The notes under the pieces: generated by a model
Database searches by the model: none
What the model was told of the DNA's origin: nothing
The model's input: the letters and a program-made list of their open reading frames with translations, nothing else
Program-made: the position numbers and the translations under genes
Shown: positions 48,343 through 57,971 of the stretch, piece by piece
Layout: the number at the start of each line of letters is the position of its first letter
Numbering within the stretch: position 1 is the stretch's first letter
Assembly: GCA_035552475.1 (NCBI GenBank)
Contig: DASZLE010000090.1
Coordinates: 35,486 to 99,485, forward strand
DNA length: 64,000 bases
Source of the DNA: Terracidiphilus sp.
Lineage (GTDB): Bacteria; Acidobacteriota; Terriglobia; Terriglobales; Acidobacteriaceae
Reading direction: 5' to 3'

Positions 48343-49782
48343 GTGCTTCTTGGTTTCGGGTTTCAGGCCTTTGTTTCACGGGTCTGCGGGGCAGATGCGC
48401 TGGGCGCCATCACGCTCTTTCTTTCCTGGGTAGGCATACTCTCCGTTCTCACAGTGCCGGGACTGGAGGGCTCGCTCGTTTATTTCCTGCCTCGTCTCGA
48501 AGGCGATGCGCCTGCCTCGCGGCGGGTAATGCGGCAGTGTCTCGCGGTGGCGGGAACGGCGTCAATGGTGGTTGCGTCTGCAGTGGCCCTTGCTGGCCCG
48601 CGTTTATTCTCTTGGACCGGTCTGCCCGATAAGGCCCGCGCAGCATTTTGTATCGCGCTCATTGCCTATTCCGGCGGCAAACTCCTGGATGCGGTATTTC
48701 TCGGTTTGAAGGACGCTCCGGCGCAGATATATTTCAACAACATTCGCACCATTGCGCGCTTCCTATTTTGCCTGCCGGTTCTGTTGTATCCGTCGGAGCG
48801 TTGGATAATCCTGTTTTGCGCCGTGGCATCGGAATGTGTGCTCACAGTCCTTTGGCGTTACATGCAGCTGCGACGGCGCTATCCGACGCTGACCGGCATG
48901 GTGCGCATTCCCCGCGCCGCAGGGGCCGCTTCGCATAAGGTTCTCGCCGCCATGGCTCTGCCCATGCTAGGCATCAGCATCATCGACACGGTTTACCCGC
49001 TGCTCGACAAGGCAGTATTAGGCGTAATGGTGCCCCTGGCACTGGTCGGCATCTACCGCATCGGGGATGCCGTGGCGAGCATCAATTCGATGTTCGTTTC
49101 CCCATTTATCGCTTTCTGGCCATACATCTCCCAATTGCACGGCCAGCAGCGGCTCGACGACCTTCGCGACTCCTACCGGACCATTACTCTATTCATCATT
49201 GCGGGGATGATCCCTTTCAGCCTGCTCCTTGTCGAGTTGTCGCCCATGGTCCTCTCCATCTTTGGTCCAGCATTTGCATCCCAGGGCAGAACTATCTTCC
49301 TGGTGCTGGCCTTCGGAACCGCCATCGATGCCATTGCAGGCCCGGCGGGCGCCGTCCTCAAGCTTACCGGCCACGCCCGGCTTTCGCTGACTATCAATAT
49401 GGTCTGGCTGTTTCTCTATTTCGGCCTTACAGTTCTCCTTGTGCGACGCTACGGCATCCTGGGCGCAGCCATAGCAAAGATGATCTCGACGGTCTTTGGC
49501 AACCTCGCCAATTTGACCGCGAACCGTGTCCTGCTGGGAGTCTTTCCCTATACCGCGAAGCACGCCTGGATGCTCATGGCAGCAGCGATTATCCTCTCAA
49601 CACGATGGTCTCTCTTCCCCGCCCATCCCGGCGTTGTGGGACAGTTCGTTGCCGGCTTTGTCGAAGCTGCCGTTTTCATCGCGTTCTCGGCGCTTCTTCT
49701 GAAGGATCAGATCCGGCGCGTTCTCGTGCCGCAAATTCGGCTTTGGATGCAAAAAGGATTCGCGCTCGATGCTGCCAACTAA
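48343..49782 (+). CDS. wzx: Oligosaccharide flippase (Wzx); true start uncertain, possible 5' frameshift
   Basis: Many TM segments, DKAVLG...VGIY, YGILGAAIA. The reading frame is open back to 48211 without a start codon. Confidence 0.8.
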   Translation: MLLGFGFQAFVSRVCGADALGAITLFLSWVGILSVLTVPGLEGSLVYFLPRLEGDAPASRRVMRQCLAVAGTASMVVASAVALAGPRLFSWTGLPDKARAAFCIALIAYSGGKLLDAVFLGLKDAPAQIYFNNIRTIARFLFCLPVLLYPSERWIILFCAVASECVLTVLWRYMQLRRRYPTLTGMVRIPRAAGAASHKVLAAMALPMLGISIIDTVYPLLDKAVLGVMVPLALVGIYRIGDAVASINSMFVSPFIAFWPYISQLHGQQRLDDLRDSYRTITLFIIAGMIPFSLLLVELSPMVLSIFGPAFASQGRTIFLVLAFGTAIDAIAGPAGAVLKLTGHARLSLTINMVWLFLYFGLTVLLVRRYGILGAAIAKMISTVFGNLANLTANRVLLGVFPYTAKHAWMLMAAAIILSTRWSLFPAHPGVVGQFVAGFVEAAVFIAFSALLLKDQIRRVLVPQIRLWMQKGFALDAAN

Positions 49783-50509
49783 GCTACTTACATACCGAAG
49801 CATCCGGCGCGAGTTTCAGACTCACTCCGTTCCGGAAGAGATACTGGTCGATCACTACACCAAGGCGGTCTCGCCGGTATTCACGCGCTTCCTCGTTCGC
49901 TGGAAGGTGATCCCGAATTCAGTTACCGCCTGCATGATCTTGTCCGGCGCCCTGGGCGCGGGCCTGTTTGCTCTTCCATGGCTCGCCTCCAAAATCGCCG
50001 GCCTCGTCTTGATTCATTTGTGGTTCATCCTCGATTGCAGCGACGGGGAGGTCGCGCGGATTACACGGAGATTCTCGGCTTTCGGCACAGAAATGGATTA
50101 CCTGGCCCACGCCATCAATCACCCGCTCTTCAACTTATCCTTCGCGTGGTCGCTAGTGGCGCTGCACCGGTACAGTTCGTCTGCCATTCTGGCCTGTGCA
50201 CTGGTCAGCATCAGCGCGGAGATGTTGCTTCGCCACCTTACCGCTCTCACCTACTCGTATCGCAAGGGGTGCGGGGAGGCACTCGTGGAAGGCGCCCGGA
50301 GAAGCGCCCCGCGGATTTGGGCGATCTCCCTAGCCGGTATCTTTTCTCTTTATCCGAATTTCGCGCTTCTATTTCCGATCCTGTTTCTGATCGACAAATT
50401 CGCGGGTACGCCGCTCGCGCCCATCTACTTTGCCGCGCAGACTGCGTTTTCTCTTCTCATTTCAGCACGCCTGGCCCTGCGCTGGATACGCATTCTTCGT
50501 CCTGCGTAG
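49769..50509 (+). CDS. CDP-alcohol phosphotransferase family membrane protein
   Basis: PNSVT and DCSDGEVARITRRFSAFGTEMD (DxxDGxxAR...GxxxD signature). Confidence 0.88.
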   Translation: MLPTKLLTYRSIRREFQTHSVPEEILVDHYTKAVSPVFTRFLVRWKVIPNSVTACMILSGALGAGLFALPWLASKIAGLVLIHLWFILDCSDGEVARITRRFSAFGTEMDYLAHAINHPLFNLSFAWSLVALHRYSSSAILACALVSISAEMLLRHLTALTYSYRKGCGEALVEGARRSAPRIWAISLAGIFSLYPNFALLFPILFLIDKFAGTPLAPIYFAAQTAFSLLISARLALRWIRILRPA

Positions 50510-50568
50510 CAGCCAGAGAGTTCCATTGCTTCACCATCCCGTCGTTCCAGATATGCGAACCAATCGCA

Positions 50569-51489
50569 ATGGCTGAGTCCACTTTCCTAGAGTCCATCGC
50601 ATCTCGGGCGGAGTCCATCCTCCCCATCGTGGTTCTATACAATCTCAGGCTCTCCGATTCGCCCACCTATCGAACCTTCTGTGCGGCGGCCCGCCATTGC
50701 GGATCGGATCCCAGCCGCATCGCCGTCTATGACAATAGCCCAGTTCGCCAGGCCGATCCAGAAGAAGAGGCTCATCTGAAGGCCTTTTATCACGACCCCA
50801 ACAACAGCGGTCTAGCGGCGGGCTACAATTGGGCGCTGGCGCGTGCCGAGGAATCCGGTATTGAATGGCTGCTTCTCCTTGATCAGGATTCTGAGTTGCC
50901 GGTCGAGTTTCTCAGCATAATGCTCGATGCGGCTATGCTCTATGAGCCGCAGCCGCAAGTGGCGGCTATCGTACCCCACGTTCGCGGCTCCGCCGGGCCG
51001 ATCTCGCCCAACCGCGTAAGATTCGGGCGCCTCGCCGCTGTCCCTGAAACCCTCTCCGGTGTGATTCCCTACGAGATCACAGCCGTGAACTCCGGCGTGC
51101 TGGTGCGCACCGATTTCGTTCGCTCCATTGGAGGCTTTAACCCTGACTTCCCGCTCGATTGCCTCGATCACTGGCTCTTTCACGAGATTTATGCAAGGGG
51201 TGAGGTTGCGGCTATCGCCACATCTTGCATGAGGCACGACCTCTCGGTTCGTGACTACAGGAACAAGGTAAGCGTGAACCGCTATCGGAGCATCCTGTTC
51301 AGCGAAGGGCTATTCGTGGCCACGACAAAATCGCGCATAGAGCGCATGTTCTATGTCTGGAGGCTTGCGCTGCGGGCCGTAAAACAGGTTGTCATCTATC
51401 GACAGCCGAAGATCGCCGCCCTTACCGGCTTGATGATCTGCTCATTCCTTCAGAACCTGGCACGGTTACCCAAAGGCAGGTCGAACTAG
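50569..51489 (+). CDS. Glycosyltransferase family 2 (rhamnosyltransferase-like)
   Basis: IVVLYN, VYDNS, N.GLAAGYN, LLLDQDS, NSG, F..DFPLD.LD. Confidence 0.85.
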   Translation: MAESTFLESIASRAESILPIVVLYNLRLSDSPTYRTFCAAARHCGSDPSRIAVYDNSPVRQADPEEEAHLKAFYHDPNNSGLAAGYNWALARAEESGIEWLLLLDQDSELPVEFLSIMLDAAMLYEPQPQVAAIVPHVRGSAGPISPNRVRFGRLAAVPETLSGVIPYEITAVNSGVLVRTDFVRSIGGFNPDFPLDCLDHWLFHEIYARGEVAAIATSCMRHDLSVRDYRNKVSVNRYRSILFSEGLFVATTKSRIERMFYVWRLALRAVKQVVIYRQPKIAALTGLMICSFLQNLARLPKGRSN

Positions 51490-52797
51490 GTGTCGCAGGA
51501 GTCGGTCACGTATAAGCGCCTTCGACTAGATGCGGCCGCCATTGGCGCGCTGGTCTGTGGAGGCGTTGCGCTCGCCTGTATCGTCGCGGACGCTTCCCCG
51601 ATCGTTGTGTTGTGCGGCTTTCTCCTGTTTCTCACCGCCGTTAATTACTGGATAAGCCGGGATGTGCTGCACCCAGCATTCTTGTTTTGCGGACTATGGT
51701 GCTCAGTGGCGGTTCTGTACCTGTTCTGCCCTGTCACGATCGACTCCCTCAGTTGGAGCGCATGCGCATTGTGTGCCGGCGGAGCGTTTTGTTTCAGCTT
51801 GGGTTGCGTGCTCGGAAACCGGGGGGTTGTCCGGAATCGAGCTTTGTGGTTTGTCCATAGAACCACAAATCCGCAACCACGGAGGATATTGCTTGTATAT
51901 TCGTTGTTCACTTTACCGCTGTTCGTCCGCGACACGGCCAGAATGGCAGGCGGTTTTGCCTTTTCCGCACAATTCATCATCTCTGCCCGGGATGCGTTGA
52001 TCGCTGCTCCTCCCGGCCAGACCGCTTACAGCAACATGATGGTGAGCACGGCGCCGATGATCTCGATTCTCTGCGCGTGGTTGTTCCTGATGGAAGAGGA
52101 CAGCCGTGTCCTCAAAAGCGTCGCCGTAGTTCAAGTGCTAATCATGTGCCTTCTAAGCACCGGCCGAAATATGCTTCTGCAATTCCTCGTGGGGTGGGCC
52201 GTGATCGCGTTCCTTCGCGTTCCAAACCGCAATATTCTTGCGATAAAGGGCAGAGGAGTGGCGATCGTGTTGGGTGTAGTGACTTTGCTGACAGTCATTA
52301 CTCTTGTGACAAAGCGCGAGACCCAGGGCGGGGATGCAGTCCAAGTGGCTGGGGATTTGACTGTCGAGTACATTGCAGGGCCGCTCGCCGCATTGAGCTT
52401 TGGCATGGATCACGTGGGAAACATGACTCAGGGGACGGATCCGCACGGCCCCGTCGTCAACGTCCCGTTTCCGACCAATGTATATACCTTCTACCAGAAC
52501 TACTATATCGTTTCGGGCGTGACTGGATGCCTCTTGGTGGCTTTCTTGATTGGGGCTGTCAATGGAGGGATCTTTCATGCAGCGATTTGCGGGAATCGAG
52601 TAGCCGCATTCTTCATGGCCTACATTTATTACGCATTGGCACTGAGTATTTTTTCTGATGCGTACGGTCTGGTGCTCAGACACGTGGAAGTAATCGCATA
52701 CGCTGCTCTCTATTTCGGGGTTTTGCGGTGGCTTCCACCAGTTCTTCTGCGAGAAAGCGGCGCTACGTCGCCGATAGCACAGTCGGGGACACGCTAG
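51490..52797 (+). CDS. wzy: Oligosaccharide repeat-unit polymerase (Wzy)
   Basis: About 10 TM segments, LHPA, STGR, YIAGPLAAL, VNVPFPTNVYT. Confidence 0.78.
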   Translation: MSQESVTYKRLRLDAAAIGALVCGGVALACIVADASPIVVLCGFLLFLTAVNYWISRDVLHPAFLFCGLWCSVAVLYLFCPVTIDSLSWSACALCAGGAFCFSLGCVLGNRGVVRNRALWFVHRTTNPQPRRILLVYSLFTLPLFVRDTARMAGGFAFSAQFIISARDALIAAPPGQTAYSNMMVSTAPMISILCAWLFLMEEDSRVLKSVAVVQVLIMCLLSTGRNMLLQFLVGWAVIAFLRVPNRNILAIKGRGVAIVLGVVTLLTVITLVTKRETQGGDAVQVAGDLTVEYIAGPLAALSFGMDHVGNMTQGTDPHGPVVNVPFPTNVYTFYQNYYIVSGVTGCLLVAFLIGAVNGGIFHAAICGNRVAAFFMAYIYYALALSIFSDAYGLVLRHVEVIAYAALYFGVLRWLPPVLLRESGATSPIAQSGTR

Positions 52798-52828
52798 TGC
52801 GCATGTTCGTCGAACCTGGAGTAAAGTT

Positions 52829-53545
52829 ATGGTTCGCGTGAGTGTCTGCCTGGCCACCTACAACGGGGCCCGGTTTGTGCGCGAACAGTTGGAGTCTATT
52901 CTTCCCCAACTCGGAGCGGCCGACGAGTTGATTGTGAGCGACGATAACTCGACAGACGACACGCGCTCAATCATTGACAGCTATAAGGACGGGAGAATTC
53001 AACTGATTCGGAACCCGGCGCCGCGCGGACACGTGGGGAACTTCGAGCACGCGATGAAACGTTCACAGGGTGAGTTTATTGTTCTGAGCGACCAAGATGA
53101 CATTTGGGCGGAGGGCCGTTTGGAGCACATGCTGGCCGCACTGGAGCACGCTCCTGGCCGCTCACTGGTGGTTGGCGACCTGGTCGAGTTCGATGCCTGC
53201 GGGGTCCGTCCGGCGCGAAGCGCGCTTGGGAGTTCTCCGCCAAGCGGGATACGACAACTTTGCCGCCTGTTTCTTGGCCAAGCGAAGTATTACGGATCGG
53301 CTTACGCGTTCCGCCGCGAATTGCTGCGCTATGTGCTCCCGATTCCGGCTCAAGTTGAGGCGCATGACATTTGGATTGCGATGAACGCGTGCCTGCATGG
53401 CGGGGTAGTGCACCTGGAGGAGACAACGTTGTTTCACCGGCTTCACGGAGACAACCTGTCGCCCGAATCACGGCGCGCGCTGCCGGTGGTTCTGCGCTCC
53501 CGCATGGGCTACGTGAGGGCACTGTTACAGTCTTCTCTGCGCTAA
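52829..53545 (+). CDS. Glycosyltransferase family 2
   Basis: VSVCLATYNG, SDDNSTD, LSDQDDIW, HD.W, R.HG.N. Confidence 0.9.
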   Translation: MVRVSVCLATYNGARFVREQLESILPQLGAADELIVSDDNSTDDTRSIIDSYKDGRIQLIRNPAPRGHVGNFEHAMKRSQGEFIVLSDQDDIWAEGRLEHMLAALEHAPGRSLVVGDLVEFDACGVRPARSALGSSPPSGIRQLCRLFLGQAKYYGSAYAFRRELLRYVLPIPAQVEAHDIWIAMNACLHGGVVHLEETTLFHRLHGDNLSPESRRALPVVLRSRMGYVRALLQSSLR

Positions 53546-53572
53546 ACAGTTGCTGAATGCAATAGGACAACG

Positions 53573-54643
53573 ATGAATCACAGATGGAGTGAAAACATGG
53601 AGCCGCTGCGCACTAGGAAACTGTTTGCGGGTAAAACCCTTCTCATTACGGGAGGTACGGGGACCTTCGGGAATGCCGTTGTGGATATGGCCGCCGGCGT
53701 AGGCTTTGGCGAAATCCGCATCTTCAGCCGCGATGAGAAGAAGCAGGACGACATGCGCAACCGGCTCAAGGACCCCGCCGTGAAGTTCTACCTGGGAAAC
53801 GTGCGGGATTACGAGAGTGTGGTGCAGGCCATGCGAGGCGTGGACTTCGTCTTCCACGCTGCAGCGCTCAAGCAGGTGCCGTCTTGCGAGTTCTTTCCGC
53901 TTGAAGCGCTGCAAACCAATACGCTGGGCGCGGAGAATGTAATGAAAGCTGCCCTCGCTTGCAATGTGCGCAAGGTCATCGTTCTCAGTACGGATAAGGC
54001 CGTATATCCCGTGAACGCCATGGGAATGTCGAAGGCATTGATGGAGAAGTGCATGGTGGCCAAGGCACGTATGTACGCAAGCTCCACGGTGTTCTGCGGG
54101 ACGCGCTATGGGAATGTTATGGCGTCTCGCGGATCGGTCATCCCCCTGTTCCTGAAACAGATTCTCGCGGGAGAGGCGCTGACCGTGACTGACCCCAATA
54201 TGACCCGCTTCATGATGACGATTGAGGGGGCGGTGGACCTGGTGCTCTACGCCTTCACGCACGGTGCGCCGGGAGATATTTTTGTGCAGAAGGCCCCGGC
54301 GGCGACGATCGGCATCCTAGCCGAGGCTCTGCTGCGGGTTTTGAACGCCGACAATGAGATTCGTGTCATTGGCACGAGGCACGGCGAAAAACTGTATGAG
54401 ACCCTCTTAAACCGAGAGGAAATGGCGCACGCGGAAGATCTGGGCGACTACTACCGTGTGCCTGCCGATGCGCGGGATTTGAATTACTCGAAATTCTTCG
54501 ACAAGGGCACGCCGGAAATCAGCGATGCCCGGGATTACACGTCCCATAATACGGAGCAGCTCGACATCAAGGAAATGATGCACTTGCTGACAACGCTGCA
54601 GTGCGTGCAGGATGCCATGGAGAACAGGACGGTCTCGGCATGA
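53573..54643 (+). CDS. fnlA: UDP-GlcNAc 4,6-dehydratase/epimerase (FnlA/CapE/WbjB family)
   Basis: TGGTGTFG, FSRDEKKQDDMR, AALKQVPSCEFFP, STDKAVYPVNAMGMSK, RYGNV, RHGEK, YTSHNT. Confidence 0.88.
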   Translation: MNHRWSENMEPLRTRKLFAGKTLLITGGTGTFGNAVVDMAAGVGFGEIRIFSRDEKKQDDMRNRLKDPAVKFYLGNVRDYESVVQAMRGVDFVFHAAALKQVPSCEFFPLEALQTNTLGAENVMKAALACNVRKVIVLSTDKAVYPVNAMGMSKALMEKCMVAKARMYASSTVFCGTRYGNVMASRGSVIPLFLKQILAGEALTVTDPNMTRFMMTIEGAVDLVLYAFTHGAPGDIFVQKAPAATIGILAEALLRVLNADNEIRVIGTRHGEKLYETLLNREEMAHAEDLGDYYRVPADARDLNYSKFFDKGTPEISDARDYTSHNTEQLDIKEMMHLLTTLQCVQDAMENRTVSA

Positions 54644-55623
54644 GCGGTGCACACGAGTTACATCGCTCCATGCCAACATCCACCGAACCAGGCAGAAAAA
54701 CTAATCCTACGATCGTGGTTTTGGGTGGAACCGGCATGCTGGGGCACAAGGTCTTCCAGAAATTTGCGACGGCATCCCCGGATACGTTCTGCACCATACG
54801 TCAAAGCACCGCGGATGAGTCCATCGCCCGCATCCCTCTGTTTCAGAGCGACCGGACCATCGGCGGGATCGACGCCATCCATTTTGAACAGTTATCATCG
54901 CTGCTGCGCAGCATTCAGCCGGATTTCATCATTAATTGTATCGGTGTTATCAAACAACGCCCTGAAGCCTCTTCATGCGCACGTGTCATAGCTTTAAATT
55001 CACTCCTTCCGCACCAACTCGCCGCGCTTTGTTCAGAGTGGAACGGGCGCTTGATTCACTTCAGCACGGACTGCGTATTCAGCGGACGGCATGGAATGTA
55101 TAGGGAGAACGATTCGAGTGACGCTCAGGATCTCTACGGGAGAAGCAAGTTCCTCGGTGAGACGGTGGCGGATAACGCTCTCACGCTGAGAACTTCGATC
55201 ATCGGACGAGAACTGGCCACGCACCGGTCATTGCTGGATTGGTTCCTTTGGAACAACGGCGGAGAGGTTCAGGGATACCGAAAATCAATCTATTCAGGCG
55301 TAACAACGAATCATCTTGCTGAAATCGTGCTCGACATCGTTTTGCACCATCCACACTTGAGCGGCTTATACCAGATAGCTGCCCATCCGATCAGCAAATG
55401 CGACCTTCTGCTGCTGCTCAAAGAGGCCTATGCCCTGGACGTCGCCATTTGTCCAGTTGACGGTGAAGAATCTGATCGTAGCATGGATGGATCTAAGCTG
55501 AGTGCCGCAATTGGATATGATTGTCCGGCCTGGAAAACACTTGTGGAACAGTTAGCGCACGATCCTACTCCCTACGATGAATGGCTCGGCGTGGCGCAAG
55601 GCGCGGTTCGGAGTCGGCAATGA
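54640..55623 (+). CDS. RmlD-family NDP-4-keto-6-deoxyhexose reductase (QnlA/WbvR-like)
   Basis: LGGTGMLG, INCIGVIKQ, NSLLPH, STDCVFSG, YGRSK.LGE, RTSIIGRE; no C-terminal cupin domain. Confidence 0.82.
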   Translation: MSGAHELHRSMPTSTEPGRKTNPTIVVLGGTGMLGHKVFQKFATASPDTFCTIRQSTADESIARIPLFQSDRTIGGIDAIHFEQLSSLLRSIQPDFIINCIGVIKQRPEASSCARVIALNSLLPHQLAALCSEWNGRLIHFSTDCVFSGRHGMYRENDSSDAQDLYGRSKFLGETVADNALTLRTSIIGRELATHRSLLDWFLWNNGGEVQGYRKSIYSGVTTNHLAEIVLDIVLHHPHLSGLYQIAAHPISKCDLLLLLKEAYALDVAICPVDGEESDRSMDGSKLSAAIGYDCPAWKTLVEQLAHDPTPYDEWLGVAQGAVRSRQ

Positions 55624-56611
55624 AAGTAGCGACAATCGTGGGCACGCGGCCGGAGATTATCCGTCTCTCGCGGGTGATTGCTCTGCTGGACCGATATACG
55701 GAACACACTCTTATTCACACGGGCCAGAACTATGATTACGAACTCAACCGGATTTTTTTTGACGATCTGGAGATTCGCAACCCTGATTTCTACCTTGATG
55801 CGGCAGGAGGAACGGCCGCCGACACCATCGGCTTACCTGGCGGCGATTTCGGCAAAGCGGCTGAAGATACCGGTGTTTCATATGGAAGCCGGGAACCGAT
55901 GTTTTGACGAGCGGGTTCCGGAAGAGATCAATCGCCGCATCGTGGATCATACCAGTGACATTAATCTTCCTTATAGCGACATCGCCCGTCACTACCTTCT
56001 GCGCGAAGGGATACTATCGGCCGAAGATCGATGGCTCGGATGTTCTGGCCCGGCTAGGTCTCGCGGAAAACGAATATTTTGTCGCGAGTGCACACCGCGA
56101 GGAGAATATTGACGACCCGGTGCAATTCGCGATGCTGGTGGCGGCTCTGGAAGGTGTAGCCGCAACGTACCGACTGCCGGTCGTAGTCTCGGTACATCCT
56201 CGCACGCGTAGGCGCGTCGACTCAGATGGCATTCGGTTTTCCGAAAACATCCGGCTGATGAAGCCGTTATGCTTGTCCGACTATGTTCACCTCATGATGA
56301 AGTCTCGGGCAACGCTTTCAGACAGCGGCACGATCACGGAAGAATCATCGATCCTCAACTTTCGGGCGCTGAACATCCGCGAGACTCACGAGCGTCCGGA
56401 AGGGATGGAGGAGGGCGCCGTCATGATGACCGGGTTGGATCCGCAACGCGTCCTGGAAGCGCTCAAGATTCTTGAGGATCAGCCGGCGGGGGAGCAAAGA
56501 AGTCTCAGGATGGTCCGCGATTACAAAGTTCCCAACGTCGCTGCAAAAGTGCTCCGGATCATTCTTAGTTACACCGGCTTTGTGCAACGGGTCGTGTGGC
56601 GTAAACCATGA
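55620..56611 (+). pseudogene. UDP-HexNAc 2-epimerase (FnlC/CapG/WbjD/QnlB family) with two internal deletions and frameshifts
   Basis: Three frames carry consecutive segments: VGTRPEIIR...ADTIG | LAAISAKR...HMEAGNRCFD...LLREG | YYRPKI...HREEN...SDSGTITEE...ERPEG. The GDT and TG(S/N)P segments are absent. Confidence 0.85.
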
Positions 56612-56632
56612 CCGACTACGGCTATTGAGACC

Positions 56633-57880
56633 ATGCGTATTCTATTGATCGTTGTTTACTACCCTCCGAGCACAACCTCGGCCGCCCAGTTGGTACATGA
56701 TCTTGCCAGAGATTACTTCCGACAGGGCCATGAAGTGACGGTCTTGACTCCGAGCACTTCGGCCGCCGGATTGAACAGTATTTCCGTTGAAGAGGGCGTG
56801 ACTGTGGTGCGAATCGACGCTGGCGAGATAAAAGATGCCAATAGGGTGCTCCGGCTGTGGCGGGAAAGCCGAATATCGGCGACCATCTGGCGTCAGGCAC
56901 GGGATTGGTTCGAAAGCCATCCGTGCGATTTGATCGTATATTATTCGCCTACGATTTTCTTTGGGAAGCTGGTAAGCAGGTTGAAGGTTCTATGGCATTG
57001 CCCCGCGTACCTCATCCTGAGAGACATTTTTCCCCAGTGGGCGGTGGATGCCGGCCAATTGCGCGAAGGCGGTTTGCTGCACCGTTATCTCCGAAGGCAG
57101 GAGCGAAGCCAATACGATGCGGCGGATGTGATCGGCGTTGAGGCTCGCGGCGACCTGCGCTACTTTGACAACAGGCGCTGGAAGAAGAAATACTGCGCAG
57201 AGTTTTTGCCGAACTGGGGGATGAGCGATGTCATTCTGCCTGGTGCCTCCGCTTGGCGTAGCCGACTGGCACTCGAGGGGAAAGTGGTCTTTCTCTTTGG
57301 AGGCAATATCGGCGTTGCGCAAGACATGGACAATGTCATTCGACTGGCCTCGAGCCTCCGAGCCCGGGATGATATTTTCTTCCTGCTGGTGGGCGCTGGC
57401 AGCGAGGTGGCGCGGTTGAACCAGGAGATTGCACGGCTGGACCTGAACAACATTAGGATTCTTCCGGCGATGCCGGAGCCCGAGTATATGCAGTGCCTTA
57501 GCGAATTCGATGTGGGGCTGGTGAGCCTCGACCGGCGGCTCCAGGCGAACAACTTTCCCGGCAAGATACTCGGCTATATGGCATGCAGCAAACCAGTGCT
57601 TGCAAGCATCAACATGGGGAACGACTTGGCTGAGATCTTCAATACGGCAGACGCGGGGATTGTTTGCACCAACGGCGAAGACGGCCGATTGCGCGATGCT
57701 GCCGTGCTTCTTGCTTCCGATCCCATGCTGCGCGAGCGGATGGGGAAGAATGCCAAGGCTCTTGGCGATGCCTTGTTTTCCGTTCGCGGCGTTTCGGCGC
57801 AGATTCTCTCGCACTTTGCGCCTGCCGGGAGCGAGCCTCGCGTTCGACTTGAAGCAGAGCTGTGCGAGGCCGAGTACTGA
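56633..57880 (+). CDS. Glycosyltransferase family 4 (WbuB-like)
   Basis: YYPP, LILRDIFPQWAVD, GGNIGVAQ, FPGKILGYMA..KPV. Confidence 0.88.
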   Translation: MRILLIVVYYPPSTTSAAQLVHDLARDYFRQGHEVTVLTPSTSAAGLNSISVEEGVTVVRIDAGEIKDANRVLRLWRESRISATIWRQARDWFESHPCDLIVYYSPTIFFGKLVSRLKVLWHCPAYLILRDIFPQWAVDAGQLREGGLLHRYLRRQERSQYDAADVIGVEARGDLRYFDNRRWKKKYCAEFLPNWGMSDVILPGASAWRSRLALEGKVVFLFGGNIGVAQDMDNVIRLASSLRARDDIFFLLVGAGSEVARLNQEIARLDLNNIRILPAMPEPEYMQCLSEFDVGLVSLDRRLQANNFPGKILGYMACSKPVLASINMGNDLAEIFNTADAGIVCTNGEDGRLRDAAVLLASDPMLRERMGKNAKALGDALFSVRGVSAQILSHFAPAGSEPRVRLEAELCEAEY

Positions 57881-57971
57881 ACCTCCCGCTCCTTTGGCCG
57901 TTAGATGAGATGACTGACCGGTGTGGTCTGCATGACCATTTCGGTCGATCGCCAATCCGCAATCTGGAATC

